Assembly (NCBI GenBank): GCA_031082155.1
Contig: JAVHLL010000007.1
Coordinates: 1,459-65,458, forward strand
Origin: Thermodesulfovibrionales bacterium
GTDB taxonomy: Bacteria > Nitrospirota > Thermodesulfovibrionia > Thermodesulfovibrionales > SM23-35
Reading direction: 5' to 3'
DNA: 64,000 bases
Shown piece by piece: positions 8,288-17,171 of this stretch. Position numbers and translations under genes: made by a program. Within the stretch, counting starts at the first letter, position 1. Each line of letters starts with the position of its first letter. The notes beneath the pieces were generated by a model. The model worked only from the letters and a program-made list of their open reading frames with translations. It was not told the origin of the DNA and searched no databases.

Positions 8288-8668
8288 ATGAAATATAATA
8301 AGATGATGAGAGAACGGGTCAGGTTCGTAGAGCACCAAAGCCGCATCCTCCTGCTTCTGGATTTTTCACAGTGCAGTGCTGAAGAAGTGTTGCAACTCAT
8401 CGGCGACGCTGAGAAAATCATCAGGGTACAGCCTCCCCGCTCACTTCTTACCCTCACGGACGTGACCGGCACAAGATATAATCTGGATGTAACACAGGCC
8501 ATGAAAGATTTTACACACGCAAACAAACCACACATTAGAGCGGCTGCGGTTGTCGGGATAGACGGGCTGAAGAAGATCGTCTATGAAGCGGTCATGAGAT
8601 TTTCGGAGAGAAATGTGCCGGTCTTTCCTGACATCGAAACAGCCAAAGACTGGCTCGTTGCACAATAA
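8288..8668 (+). CDS. STAS/SpoIIAA-like domain protein (DUF3478-like)
   Basis: 126 aa. The overall pattern ('ILLLLDFSQCSAEEV...AAAVVGIDGLKKIV') resembles SpoIIAA-like STAS proteins; this is recognised from memory only. Confidence 0.4.
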   Translation: MKYNKMMRERVRFVEHQSRILLLLDFSQCSAEEVLQLIGDAEKIIRVQPPRSLLTLTDVTGTRYNLDVTQAMKDFTHANKPHIRAAAVVGIDGLKKIVYEAVMRFSERNVPVFPDIETAKDWLVAQ

Positions 8669-8680
8669 AAGGAGAAGAGA

Positions 8681-9118
8681 ATGAAAAAACTGTTTCTTAT
8701 CAGTGCGGTTCTTATGATGTTCACTGCCTCTTTCGTTTTCGCCGGAACTCCAGATGCCATTCTCGGCGAATGGGTTACAGAAGGAGACAAATCATTTGTC
8801 GATATTTATAAATGCGATGAGCTGTATTGCGGGAAGATTGTATGGCTTAAGAATCCGAAAGACGAAGAGGGCAAAGAGAAATTCGACAAGAAAAACCCTG
8901 ATGAAACGATGAGAAGCCGGAAGCTTTTAGGACTTCCGATTCTCTGGGGTTTCAGGTACACCGGGGACAGCGAGTGGAAAGAGGGAAAGATATATGATCC
9001 CCAGAATGGAAAAACATATTCCTGCAAGATAAAACTCGAAGGGGAAAAGCTGAAAGTGCGTGGTTTCATCGGTTTTTCCCTTCTGGGGAGAACTGCGATA
9101 TGGACAAAGAAGAGCTGA
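8681..9118 (+). CDS. DUF2147 domain-containing secreted protein
   Basis: Signal peptide present. 'GKIVWLKNP...KKNPDETMRSRKLLGLPIL...GKIYDPQNGKTYSCKIKLEGEKLKVRGFIG' matches the DUF2147 pattern. AAAGGAG SD upstream. Confidence 0.8.
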   Translation: MKKLFLISAVLMMFTASFVFAGTPDAILGEWVTEGDKSFVDIYKCDELYCGKIVWLKNPKDEEGKEKFDKKNPDETMRSRKLLGLPILWGFRYTGDSEWKEGKIYDPQNGKTYSCKIKLEGEKLKVRGFIGFSLLGRTAIWTKKS

Positions 9119-9312
9119 AGAATCAACCCTGAAAGTGCAGCGAATGCTCAAAAATTGTTCAGTGCTCTCCATAAAGTGAGGGTTTGTCATCCTCCGGCAC
9201 CTGTCGTTCCAGCTTGTCTGGAGTCCTTCCTGAAAAAAGATACTGGACAAGCCAGCAGGACAGAATAATTTGATTCATAACTTTATTGGTTTTCTATGAT
9301 AAGGAGGCAAGT

Positions 9313-10218
9313 ATGGACAGGAGAACGTTTCTCAAGTCAGCAGCAATAGCAGGATGCGGGCTGCTCGCCGGTGAACGGTTCTCTAACCTGACACCTGTTT
9401 GGGCAGCAGAACAGTTTGACCTCGTAGTCGCGCAGGGCACCGGAAAATCACCGGAAGCCATCACAAAGGCTGCGCTTAATGCAATCGGTGGCATAAAGAA
9501 ATTCATCTCCCGTGGGGATGTGGTCGTCGTCAAACCGAATATAGGCTGGGACAGACTGCCGGAGCAGGCAGCCAATACAAATCCTGAAGTCGTCGCAGCA
9601 ATCGTGAAGCTCTGCTTCGACGCAGGGGCAAAAAAGGTCAAGGTATTCGACAGGACATGCAATGATCCGAGGAGGTGTTATAAACAGAGCGGGATAGCAG
9701 ATGCCGTGTCAGCCCTCGGTGCAGAAGTCAGTTTCATTGACGACAGGAGGTTCAGGGACATCCCGATAAAAGGACAGGTGCTGAAAACATGGCCGCTCTA
9801 CAGGGATATTTTTGAAACAGACAAGATCATTAATGTTCCCATTGCGAAACACCATGGTCTCGCAAGACTCACCATGGCAATGAAGAACTGGATGGGCGTC
9901 ATGGGCGGGAACCGCGGGAGCATCCACCAGAAGATCGGAGAAAGTCTTGCAGATATTTGTCTGGTGATCAAACCAACACTGACGGTCCTTGATGCCGTCC
10001 GTATTCTTACGGCAGACGGTCCGCAGGGAGGGAACCTGAAAGATGTAAAGAGACTCGACACAGTGATTGCGGGAGTCGATCAGGTCGCAGTGGATACTTA
10101 CGGCGCCACCCTTTTCGGCATGCAGGGTTCTGATCTCTCATACGTTAAGGCGGGAGCCTCCATAGGCATAGGGAATATGGACCTTTCCAGAATGAAGATC
10201 AGGAAACTGAATGTCTAA
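9313..10218 (+). CDS. DUF362 domain protein with Tat signal
   Basis: Start reset to the ATG at 9313 (AAGGAGG 5 nt upstream). 'MDRRTFLKSAAIAG' is a twin-arginine signal, and 'VVVKPNIGW' is the DUF362 core. Confidence 0.75.
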   Translation: MDRRTFLKSAAIAGCGLLAGERFSNLTPVWAAEQFDLVVAQGTGKSPEAITKAALNAIGGIKKFISRGDVVVVKPNIGWDRLPEQAANTNPEVVAAIVKLCFDAGAKKVKVFDRTCNDPRRCYKQSGIADAVSALGAEVSFIDDRRFRDIPIKGQVLKTWPLYRDIFETDKIINVPIAKHHGLARLTMAMKNWMGVMGGNRGSIHQKIGESLADICLVIKPTLTVLDAVRILTADGPQGGNLKDVKRLDTVIAGVDQVAVDTYGATLFGMQGSDLSYVKAGASIGIGNMDLSRMKIRKLNV

Positions 10219-11761
10219 AAAATATCTCAGGAAGATTTCGCAGGGGGTTTTCCTCTTCCTGTTCCTCTTTCTTTTCATCCAGACTGAATCAAAGGGTAAC
10301 GATATCCTCGGCTATCCCGTCAGGCTGTTCCTCGACTTCGATCCGCTCATTTTTCTCGCAACGCTCTTTGCTTCGCACGGGGGGGAAATACCTGCGGCAT
10401 TTTTTCTCTCTCTTGTCACGGTCTTCGTGACTGTTGTCCTCGGCAGGGTGTTCTGCGGGTGGATCTGTCCTCTCGGAACGCTCAATACCGTTGCAGGATC
10501 ATTCAAAAAACGGCATCCCGGTCCGATGCATCCCCATTGGCACAAGATAAAGTATTTTATCCTTATTGTGCTTCTCGCATCCTCGGTCTTTACCCTTCAG
10601 CTCGCCGGGATTATGGACCCCCTCTCACTCCTGATCAGATCCTTCTCTTTAAGCGTCTATCCAATGCTGAATTATGGAATCAGGGGAGTATTCGATGCAA
10701 TTTACCATACGGATATCCCCGCAGTGGTGAATCCCTCTGAAGCGGTATATGGATTTCTGAAGAGGACGCTGCTCGCGTTTCAGCAGCCATATTTTCTGCA
10801 GGCTTTTTTTATCGGCAGCATATTATTCCTCATCCTGGGACTGAACCTGATCGAGAGAAGATTCTGGTGTAAATACCTTTGCCCTCTCGGGGCACTGCTC
10901 GGTCTCTGTTCCCGGTATTCCCTGCTGAAACGGGAGGTGAGTGAAGGATGCACGGGTTGCGGAATATGCTCGAATGCCTGTCAGGGAGGTGCCCTGTCCG
11001 AAAAAAGCGAGACCTGGAAGCATACTGAATGCCTTGCCTGTTTTCACTGTGATGATATCTGTCCCCAGAACGCCGTCAGTTTTGGATTCGGGCGGCCGGA
11101 AACACAGTCCCTGGATCTCGGCAGGAGGCAGGTCTTAGTCTCAGTGCTCTCGGGGGTTCTTGCTGTCCCGTTATTCAGGTCAGCGCCTTTTTCAAAATCC
11201 GGGTATTCTGATCCCCACCTGCTAAGGCCGCCCGGAGCGCTTGAGGAGAAAGAATTCCTCAGGAGATGTGTAAAATGCGGCGAGTGCATGAAGGTATGTA
11301 TAACCAACGGCCTTCAGCCAACTCTTGTTGAATCAGGAATTGAAGGCATCTGGTCTCCAAGGCTTATCCCAAGAATCGGACACTGCGAATATCGCTGCAC
11401 CCTCTGCGGCCAGGTCTGTCCTTCCGGTGCGATCAGAGAACTGCCTCTTGAGGAAAAGATGAAAGTGAAGATAGGGCTGGCTATGATCGACAAGGGCCGT
11501 TGCCTTCCTTACGCTCACGCGGTCCCCTGCATTGTCTGCGAAGAGATGTGCCCTACATCTCCCAAAGCCATATGGCTGGAGGAAATCGCAGTGAAAGGAA
11601 GAGACGGGAAAACCCTGCTTGTCAAACAGCCGCATATAGACCTCGATCTCTGCATAGGATGCGGGATCTGCGAAGCGAAATGCCCTGTCGGCAGCCGGGC
11701 GGCGATCTATGTGACGAACATCGGGGAATCAAGATCGAGAGAGAACCAGCTGCTTATTTAA
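10211..11761 (+). CDS. Membrane polyferredoxin (NapH/MauN-like 4Fe-4S binding protein)
   Basis: 516 aa with TM helices carrying 'CGWICPLGT' and 'CKYLCPLGA'. Several CxxCxxCxxxCP ferredoxin motifs. It overlaps the DUF362 gene by 8 nt. Confidence 0.8.
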   Translation: MSKKYLRKISQGVFLFLFLFLFIQTESKGNDILGYPVRLFLDFDPLIFLATLFASHGGEIPAAFFLSLVTVFVTVVLGRVFCGWICPLGTLNTVAGSFKKRHPGPMHPHWHKIKYFILIVLLASSVFTLQLAGIMDPLSLLIRSFSLSVYPMLNYGIRGVFDAIYHTDIPAVVNPSEAVYGFLKRTLLAFQQPYFLQAFFIGSILFLILGLNLIERRFWCKYLCPLGALLGLCSRYSLLKREVSEGCTGCGICSNACQGGALSEKSETWKHTECLACFHCDDICPQNAVSFGFGRPETQSLDLGRRQVLVSVLSGVLAVPLFRSAPFSKSGYSDPHLLRPPGALEEKEFLRRCVKCGECMKVCITNGLQPTLVESGIEGIWSPRLIPRIGHCEYRCTLCGQVCPSGAIRELPLEEKMKVKIGLAMIDKGRCLPYAHAVPCIVCEEMCPTSPKAIWLEEIAVKGRDGKTLLVKQPHIDLDLCIGCGICEAKCPVGSRAAIYVTNIGESRSRENQLLI

Positions 11762-11791
11762 TTTCACCTTGAACACATTCCTGTCCAACAG

Positions 11792-11956
11792 AGGGTTATA
11801 GCTCCATTTCTGAAGACAGCTCACGGGTAACTTCGATAAGGCTGAAGACGAAGCGGAAGCCTCAAGTTTGGATTGAATGAAAACATTGCAGTCAGATACC
11901 AGCAGGGACAGAGACAAAGGTAGTTTAGCTGGCTTCAGAAATGGAGCTATAACCCT
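11792..11956. repeat. Structured repeat element, copy 1 (candidate ncRNA of unknown class)
   Basis: A 29-bp closing stem (11792-11820 / 11928-11956, one A/G mismatch) encloses 107 nt. The interior shares a 44-nt core (39/44 identical) and the same architecture as 35919-36086, with compensatory changes. Confidence 0.6.
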
Positions 11957-11974
11957 ACTTTTCAGACTGCAATA

Positions 11975-12601
11975 CTATCCCTCTTTTTTCTCCCGTTTCA
12001 TCATCCGTTCCCTGAACCACCGCATGATATCGTCGTATGATGGCGGGGTGATGAGAAAGACCTCTATGTCCCTGGGGAATTGCAGTTTAGCCCTGTCTTC
12101 GTCCTTCAGGATCAGCAGGCCTGCTTCAGCTTCGGAAAGGTTTTTATCGATCACTTCGATCATATGATCGAGCCTTCTGGTCGCACTCTCCGTATAATAT
12201 TCAATAATTTTCGTAAAAACCTCATGGGTATATATCACTCTGAGGCAATTCCCCCAGTCGGTAAACGGCCCCAGGATATCCTGATCCTCAAGGGGGATGA
12301 GAACCCCTCCCTCCTCGCTTTTCTTTTTGATAATCTGAGGTATCCGTTCATTTATCCGGGACAGGACAGCGAGGGAATCGTCATCAGTCCCGGTGATGAT
12401 TTCACAGAATATCTTCTTTATCTTCCCGGCTGTCTCCATCTTCTCAATCTGCGCTATCGCCTGATCCCAGTATTTCCGGACAAGATCAGTGTATTCCTCC
12501 GGAGCATCTTCAAGGGAATACATGTTTGCGACACAATAGAGTTTTCTCTTACCGGCAAAGTTCCCGGCTTCCGGTTTATGAATCTGTCCGATTTCAACCA
12601 T
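11975..12601 (-). CDS. Hypothetical protein, last gene of the EPS operon
   Basis: 208-aa ORF with normal charged composition, 22 nt downstream of the ligase gene. The antisense ORF 12080-12727 has Phe/Leu/Ser-rich shadow composition. Confidence 0.55.
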   Translation of the reverse strand: MVEIGQIHKPEAGNFAGKRKLYCVANMYSLEDAPEEYTDLVRKYWDQAIAQIEKMETAGKIKKIFCEIITGTDDDSLAVLSRINERIPQIIKKKSEEGGVLIPLEDQDILGPFTDWGNCLRVIYTHEVFTKIIEYYTESATRRLDHMIEVIDKNLSEAEAGLLILKDEDRAKLQFPRDIEVFLITPPSYDDIMRWFRERMMKREKKEG

Positions 12602-12623
12602 TACCGCACCTCCTGTTGTATAT

Positions 12624-14987
12624 TCATGGTTTATCGTCGCTGGTTAAAAGTGCATCAAGTTTTTTCTTCGCTTCTTTGTTTTTCGGGTCGAGAGAAAGTG
12701 CAGCACTGTATTCATCAATGGCTTTAGTCCTGATGCCGGCCTTCTCATACGCAGTGCCGGTTGCAATCCGTATCCTTGCATCGTTCGGAAAGATTTGCTT
12801 CGCTTTCAGCATAACTTCGAGAGCACGTTCGAACTGGTTTTTCCCCATATGAAAAGCGTATATCTCCTGAAAAAAATTTTTTCTTGCCGGTTTTTCGCCA
12901 AGCGCATATTCAAATGCGCGATGATAAGCCCACTCTGCCATAACGTCGTTATGGGTCTTGTGGAGATACCTGGCAAACAGGACATAGGCCTCAGCGCTTA
13001 CCGGGAATGCCTGTTCAATTTCACCGTCTTGCAGGCCGGCGAGGACCATGAGGGCTATATTGTCTCTCGTTTTCTGTGGTTCAAGCGTAATTGCCTGCTT
13101 CATTCTGCTGATCCCTTTCCCTTTCTCCCCCCGTGCAAAAAGCCAGAGTGCGTAGCGTTTATACCTCTCCGGGTTGTTGATGTCATAAGTTATCCCTGAC
13201 CTAAGCAGGGCGTCAGCTACGCTGTATTCCCCTTTCTCCGCCAGAAGAAGACCGAGCCGCTGCAGATACTCACCATTCGTCGGATTCAGGGACACTGCCC
13301 TTTTATAGTACTCAAATGCCGTGTCTTTATTTAAGAGCAGTCTTTCGGTATTTGCAAGCGCATACTGATATTCAGCATCGAGAGGATCCAGAAAACTCGC
13401 TGTTCTTGCCTTGTTCCTGACTGACTCGATTCCATTCAGATCCGTTTGCATATTGAGCTTTTTATCTTTTGCCGCTGAGAAATATACCTTGCCGGCAACA
13501 ACACCTGATTGGTATACGAGACATGAAAAAAGCAAAAACACCGCTATCACTACCCCGATGCGAACAGGAAATTTCCCCCTCTGCAGATACGTATCGTTCA
13601 GCCCTTCATGCATCCTCGTATTGGCGGCCGATACAGCCAGCCCTGTTAGGAATGCGAGATATAACCCATTTGCTCCGATCTGTAGGTTAAAATCAGTAAT
13701 GCTGTGAATGAGGATTGCGATGATCCCGGTAAGGGAAGCGATGAAAAGATAGAGGCAATAGAGTTCATGCCTTTTGCGAAAAACGGCAAAAGACCGGGAC
13801 ACAACCGCGAGGAAAAACCATCCGGCGAGGAGAAGCGCGAGGACACCCCCGTTGGAAAAAAGCTCGATATAATCATTATGGGCATGATCTGCAAGCGCCT
13901 CGCCTTTGAGGGTACGGTATTTTGGATAGATATACCGGAAAGTGCCGAAACCTGTGCCAAATACAGGGTAATCCCTGATGATATTCCCGCTGTCCTTCCA
14001 GACGATAAGCCTCTGTTCGGTGATATCACCCTGAGGGTTTCTGACCTTCTCAAACCGTTCGAATATCGGGTCCCATCCGAACCATCCGACCGAGAGCACC
14101 ACAAGGATACAGATCGCGATAATGATAATACCCCGTTTCTTATCCGCGCCTCTGAACAGGAACATTACTCCGAAAAATATCAGAGATACGCTGAGGCTCA
14201 CGATTCCGGTCCTTGAAAGAGTGAGAAAAACTGAAGTGGCAACGAGCACCGCAACAAACCCAAGGAGAAGATAACTATTCGTCTTCTGAAGATTGAACAT
14301 TCTGGTAATCTTTTCACGGAGAGTCCTGTATCTGACCTGCGGTTTATAGAAGAGGAAAAGGCTCAGGATGAGGGGAAAGACCATCTCCATGAGTCCGGCA
14401 TAATGGTTCCGGTTGACATAGGGGCCGAAAAGCGACCCGCCAAGGGTCAGTTTCCTGATCCAGTATATCTTGTTGTTGGAGAGGATATGCTGGAGAATGC
14501 TGAAGAACGAGAGTATCGAAGCGAAAATCACGACTATCATAATAGTTCTTGTGAGGTACTCTCTCCTGGCAAGGAGCTGTATAGTCAGAATGTAAAATGC
14601 TCCATAGGACGCTATCCGGAAGAACTCTGCAAGCGTCGCTTTTTTGTTAATGGAGAGGGATATCCACTCGACTGGGGTAAATGGGGAAAGGGTATTGGCA
14701 TAAAGGTCATATGTGGAAGGAGCAATAACCCTGATAAGTCCTGACGGAAGAGGGATCAGTTGCACCGCAATAAAGAGCACCAAGAGACAGAACGGGACAA
14801 TCCCTGGTATCTGATACAGAGGCGCCTTATTGTTCCTGATGCTCCTGAACAGGAGCAGAACTAACGCAGAGAATGAAACAGTTTCCATAACGGCAAGAGA
14901 CCAAGGCTCGACAGCACCGAAGGCGAGAGGGGAAAAAATCAGGAGGAAAACAAAGAGGGGAAAGCCTTTCATATCCGTTCTCTGCAT
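12624..14987 (-). CDS. O-antigen ligase (Wzy_C) family membrane protein fused to C-terminal TPR repeats
   Basis: 787 aa with a polytopic N-terminal half carrying 'HAHNDYIELFSNGGV' (Wzy_C motif). The C-terminal third is TPR-like ('AFEYYKRAVSLNPTNGEYLQRLG', 'EYSAALSLDPKNKEAKKKL'). Confidence 0.8.
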   Translation of the reverse strand: MQRTDMKGFPLFVFLLIFSPLAFGAVEPWSLAVMETVSFSALVLLLFRSIRNNKAPLYQIPGIVPFCLLVLFIAVQLIPLPSGLIRVIAPSTYDLYANTLSPFTPVEWISLSINKKATLAEFFRIASYGAFYILTIQLLARREYLTRTIMIVVIFASILSFFSILQHILSNNKIYWIRKLTLGGSLFGPYVNRNHYAGLMEMVFPLILSLFLFYKPQVRYRTLREKITRMFNLQKTNSYLLLGFVAVLVATSVFLTLSRTGIVSLSVSLIFFGVMFLFRGADKKRGIIIIAICILVVLSVGWFGWDPIFERFEKVRNPQGDITEQRLIVWKDSGNIIRDYPVFGTGFGTFRYIYPKYRTLKGEALADHAHNDYIELFSNGGVLALLLAGWFFLAVVSRSFAVFRKRHELYCLYLFIASLTGIIAILIHSITDFNLQIGANGLYLAFLTGLAVSAANTRMHEGLNDTYLQRGKFPVRIGVVIAVFLLFSCLVYQSGVVAGKVYFSAAKDKKLNMQTDLNGIESVRNKARTASFLDPLDAEYQYALANTERLLLNKDTAFEYYKRAVSLNPTNGEYLQRLGLLLAEKGEYSVADALLRSGITYDINNPERYKRYALWLFARGEKGKGISRMKQAITLEPQKTRDNIALMVLAGLQDGEIEQAFPVSAEAYVLFARYLHKTHNDVMAEWAYHRAFEYALGEKPARKNFFQEIYAFHMGKNQFERALEVMLKAKQIFPNDARIRIATGTAYEKAGIRTKAIDEYSAALSLDPKNKEAKKKLDALLTSDDKP

Positions 14988-15053
14988 TTTCTCTCCTTCA
15001 TCATTTCGTTCTTTGCAGAAGAGAAGTGCCGGGATGCACTTGCGAAGAGAGAT

Positions 15054-17168
15054 CTACTGTTTGACTTCGCCTGATTCTCGAGGAGCAGGATAGGTATTAT
15101 AGTACTTGTAATAGACGTGCTCGCTGTTCCTGATATCGAATCCATTAATGACGACTCCGAGCAAACGAGACGTGGAATCGTCTGCGCGTCTTCCTCTCAG
15201 GTAGCTGAGTCCCCGCATCACGGTATCATACGTTGTCTTGCCTGCTCTCACTACAATGATAGTACCGTCGAGAACTCTGCTGAGAATAAGCCCGTCCGTC
15301 ACCGTCATAAGGGGAGGAGAATCCCAGATAATCATATCGAACCTTTCGCTCAGAATCCCCAGCAATTCCTGCATCCTGTTTGAGCCGAGGAGTTCTGACG
15401 GATTCGGGGGAACAGGCCCGGAAGGGATAACGCTCAGGTTCATGGCTGGGCTTTTGACTAATGTCTCAATATCAGAAGTAGTACCGGCAAGATACGTGCT
15501 CAGGCCGCTCAGGTTGTTCAGGTTGAAGACACTGTGAACCCTCGGTTTTCTGAGATCACTGTCTATCAGAAGCACCGAATACCCTAAACGGGCAATCGTG
15601 ATCGCAAGGTTCACAGAGGTTACGGTCTTGCCCTCTTCCGTCCCCATACTGGTGATAAGGATGTGCTTGGGCGGTCTATTGGCAGACGACAGCAGTATCG
15701 CTGTTCGGATTGTCTTATAACTCTCCGCGAAAATGTTTTGCGGCTCTTTAAAGACGATTTCCTCTATGTTCTCGTCTTTCGTTTCCATGAGGGGAACTGT
15801 TCCGAGAACCGGTACCCCGAGCCGATCCTCAACATCCTCGGGTGTCTTGATGGTATTGTCGAGGTATTCGAAAAAGAAGGCAAGGCCAACCCCGCCGAAA
15901 AGTCCGACGATGATGCCGAGGAGGATATTAAGGGCTTTTCTCGGTTTTACAGGGAAGACCGGTTTTTCCGCTTTTTCCACGACCCATACATTCACTGTCT
16001 GTATCTCTTCGGTAACACTCTGTTCTTTTATTTTCTTGATAAGCGCATCGTACAGCTGTCTGTTCGTTTCAACTTCTCTGGTCAGTACGCCGAACTCGAT
16101 AAACTTTTCATTGAGGCTCTGCGCCTCTGATTTCGTGCCCGCCAGAGTCCTCCGGAGACTTGATTCATTCGCTTTTGCCAGTTCATATTCATTCCTGATC
16201 GAATTGATGACCCTTCTGATCTCCTGTTCACGCTTTTGCTGGAGGACTCTCAACTCTTCCTCAGCCTTTATCATGGCAGGATGCTTCTTCCCGTATTTCT
16301 TCGTGAGTTCTTCGATATTCTGTTCTGCCTTGAGGATCTGCCCGCGGAGCGACTGGACGGTCGGATCTGAAGCAATGGCAGGAAGTGTTTCTGCCTCTCT
16401 GGGGTTTTTGGTAACACTCAGCACCTGATTATACAGTGATTCGATCTCTTTCCGTTTTGTCTCCGACCTGATCAGCTGTGTGTTGAACTCGGACAGTTTC
16501 TCGGGAGTAATAGCAACCTTGTCCTGGAGGGTCACAATATCATGCGCTCTCATATATTCCTGCAGGGCCCTCTCTGACTTTTCAAGCTTTGCCTTCTCCT
16601 CTTCCGCTTTTTTAGTCATCCACTCCAGGGAATATCGTGATGCGCTCATTTTCATATCCAGAATTTCCCCAATATATGCTTTGGCAACGGTATTGACGAT
16701 CAGTGTTGCAAATTCCGGGTTCGTCGAGAGATAACTGACGTCAACGATCTTGCTGTTCTTGACAGGGGCGACGACAATGCCTCCGCTAACGGTATCGGCA
16801 AGTATGTCCGCTGCGTTACTCCCGTTACTGCCAAGCAGTTTTTCGCTATCCTTGAAATAGGATGCATAGGTGGTTTCGAGCGAAAGCATGGAGACGACCT
16901 TCTGGGCCACAGCCTTGCTCTTTATCAGTTGATACTGTGTTTCATAGTATTCGGGGTCGTAGGGTGAGTAATACGGGGACATCATGGTCAGGTTATAGGG
17001 CTCCACCTTTTCGATAAGCACCTTAGTTGTCGCCCTATAGACCGGAGTCGTCGAGAGGGTGCCGATAATGACAATTGCGCACACGATGAGAAAAAACACA
17101 AACGCAGTGTATCTTCTCTTATAGATGATCTTCAGGTAATCCCGCAGGTGTATTTCCCGTTCTTCCAT
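15054..17168 (-). CDS. Polysaccharide co-polymerase / BY-kinase (Wzc/GumC-like tyrosine autokinase)
   Basis: 704 aa with a Wzz-type N-terminal domain and coiled coil. The C-terminal P-loop domain has 'SMGTEEGKT', 'LLIDSDLRKP' and 'MIIWDSPP'. Confidence 0.85.
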   Translation of the reverse strand: MEEREIHLRDYLKIIYKRRYTAFVFFLIVCAIVIIGTLSTTPVYRATTKVLIEKVEPYNLTMMSPYYSPYDPEYYETQYQLIKSKAVAQKVVSMLSLETTYASYFKDSEKLLGSNGSNAADILADTVSGGIVVAPVKNSKIVDVSYLSTNPEFATLIVNTVAKAYIGEILDMKMSASRYSLEWMTKKAEEEKAKLEKSERALQEYMRAHDIVTLQDKVAITPEKLSEFNTQLIRSETKRKEIESLYNQVLSVTKNPREAETLPAIASDPTVQSLRGQILKAEQNIEELTKKYGKKHPAMIKAEEELRVLQQKREQEIRRVINSIRNEYELAKANESSLRRTLAGTKSEAQSLNEKFIEFGVLTREVETNRQLYDALIKKIKEQSVTEEIQTVNVWVVEKAEKPVFPVKPRKALNILLGIIVGLFGGVGLAFFFEYLDNTIKTPEDVEDRLGVPVLGTVPLMETKDENIEEIVFKEPQNIFAESYKTIRTAILLSSANRPPKHILITSMGTEEGKTVTSVNLAITIARLGYSVLLIDSDLRKPRVHSVFNLNNLSGLSTYLAGTTSDIETLVKSPAMNLSVIPSGPVPPNPSELLGSNRMQELLGILSERFDMIIWDSPPLMTVTDGLILSRVLDGTIIVVRAGKTTYDTVMRGLSYLRGRRADDSTSRLLGVVINGFDIRNSEHVYYKYYNTYPAPRESGEVKQ

Positions 17169-17171
17169 GCC

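Noticed and set aside
11821-11866. Guanidine-II (mini-ykkC)-like pair of hairpins, because the loops contain ACGG and ACGA and copy 2 lies upstream of a transporter.
   Set aside because: The loops are 12-14 nt, not ACGR tetraloops closed by conserved C-G pairs. The stems and spacing do not fit the mini-ykkC consensus, and copy 1 is not upstream of any gene on either reading.
12080-12727. 215-aa plus-strand ORF competing with the 208-aa minus-strand gene.
   Set aside because: It has Phe/Leu/Ser/Cys-rich shadow-like composition and runs into the next minus-strand gene. The minus-strand ORF fits the operon spacing and has normal composition.
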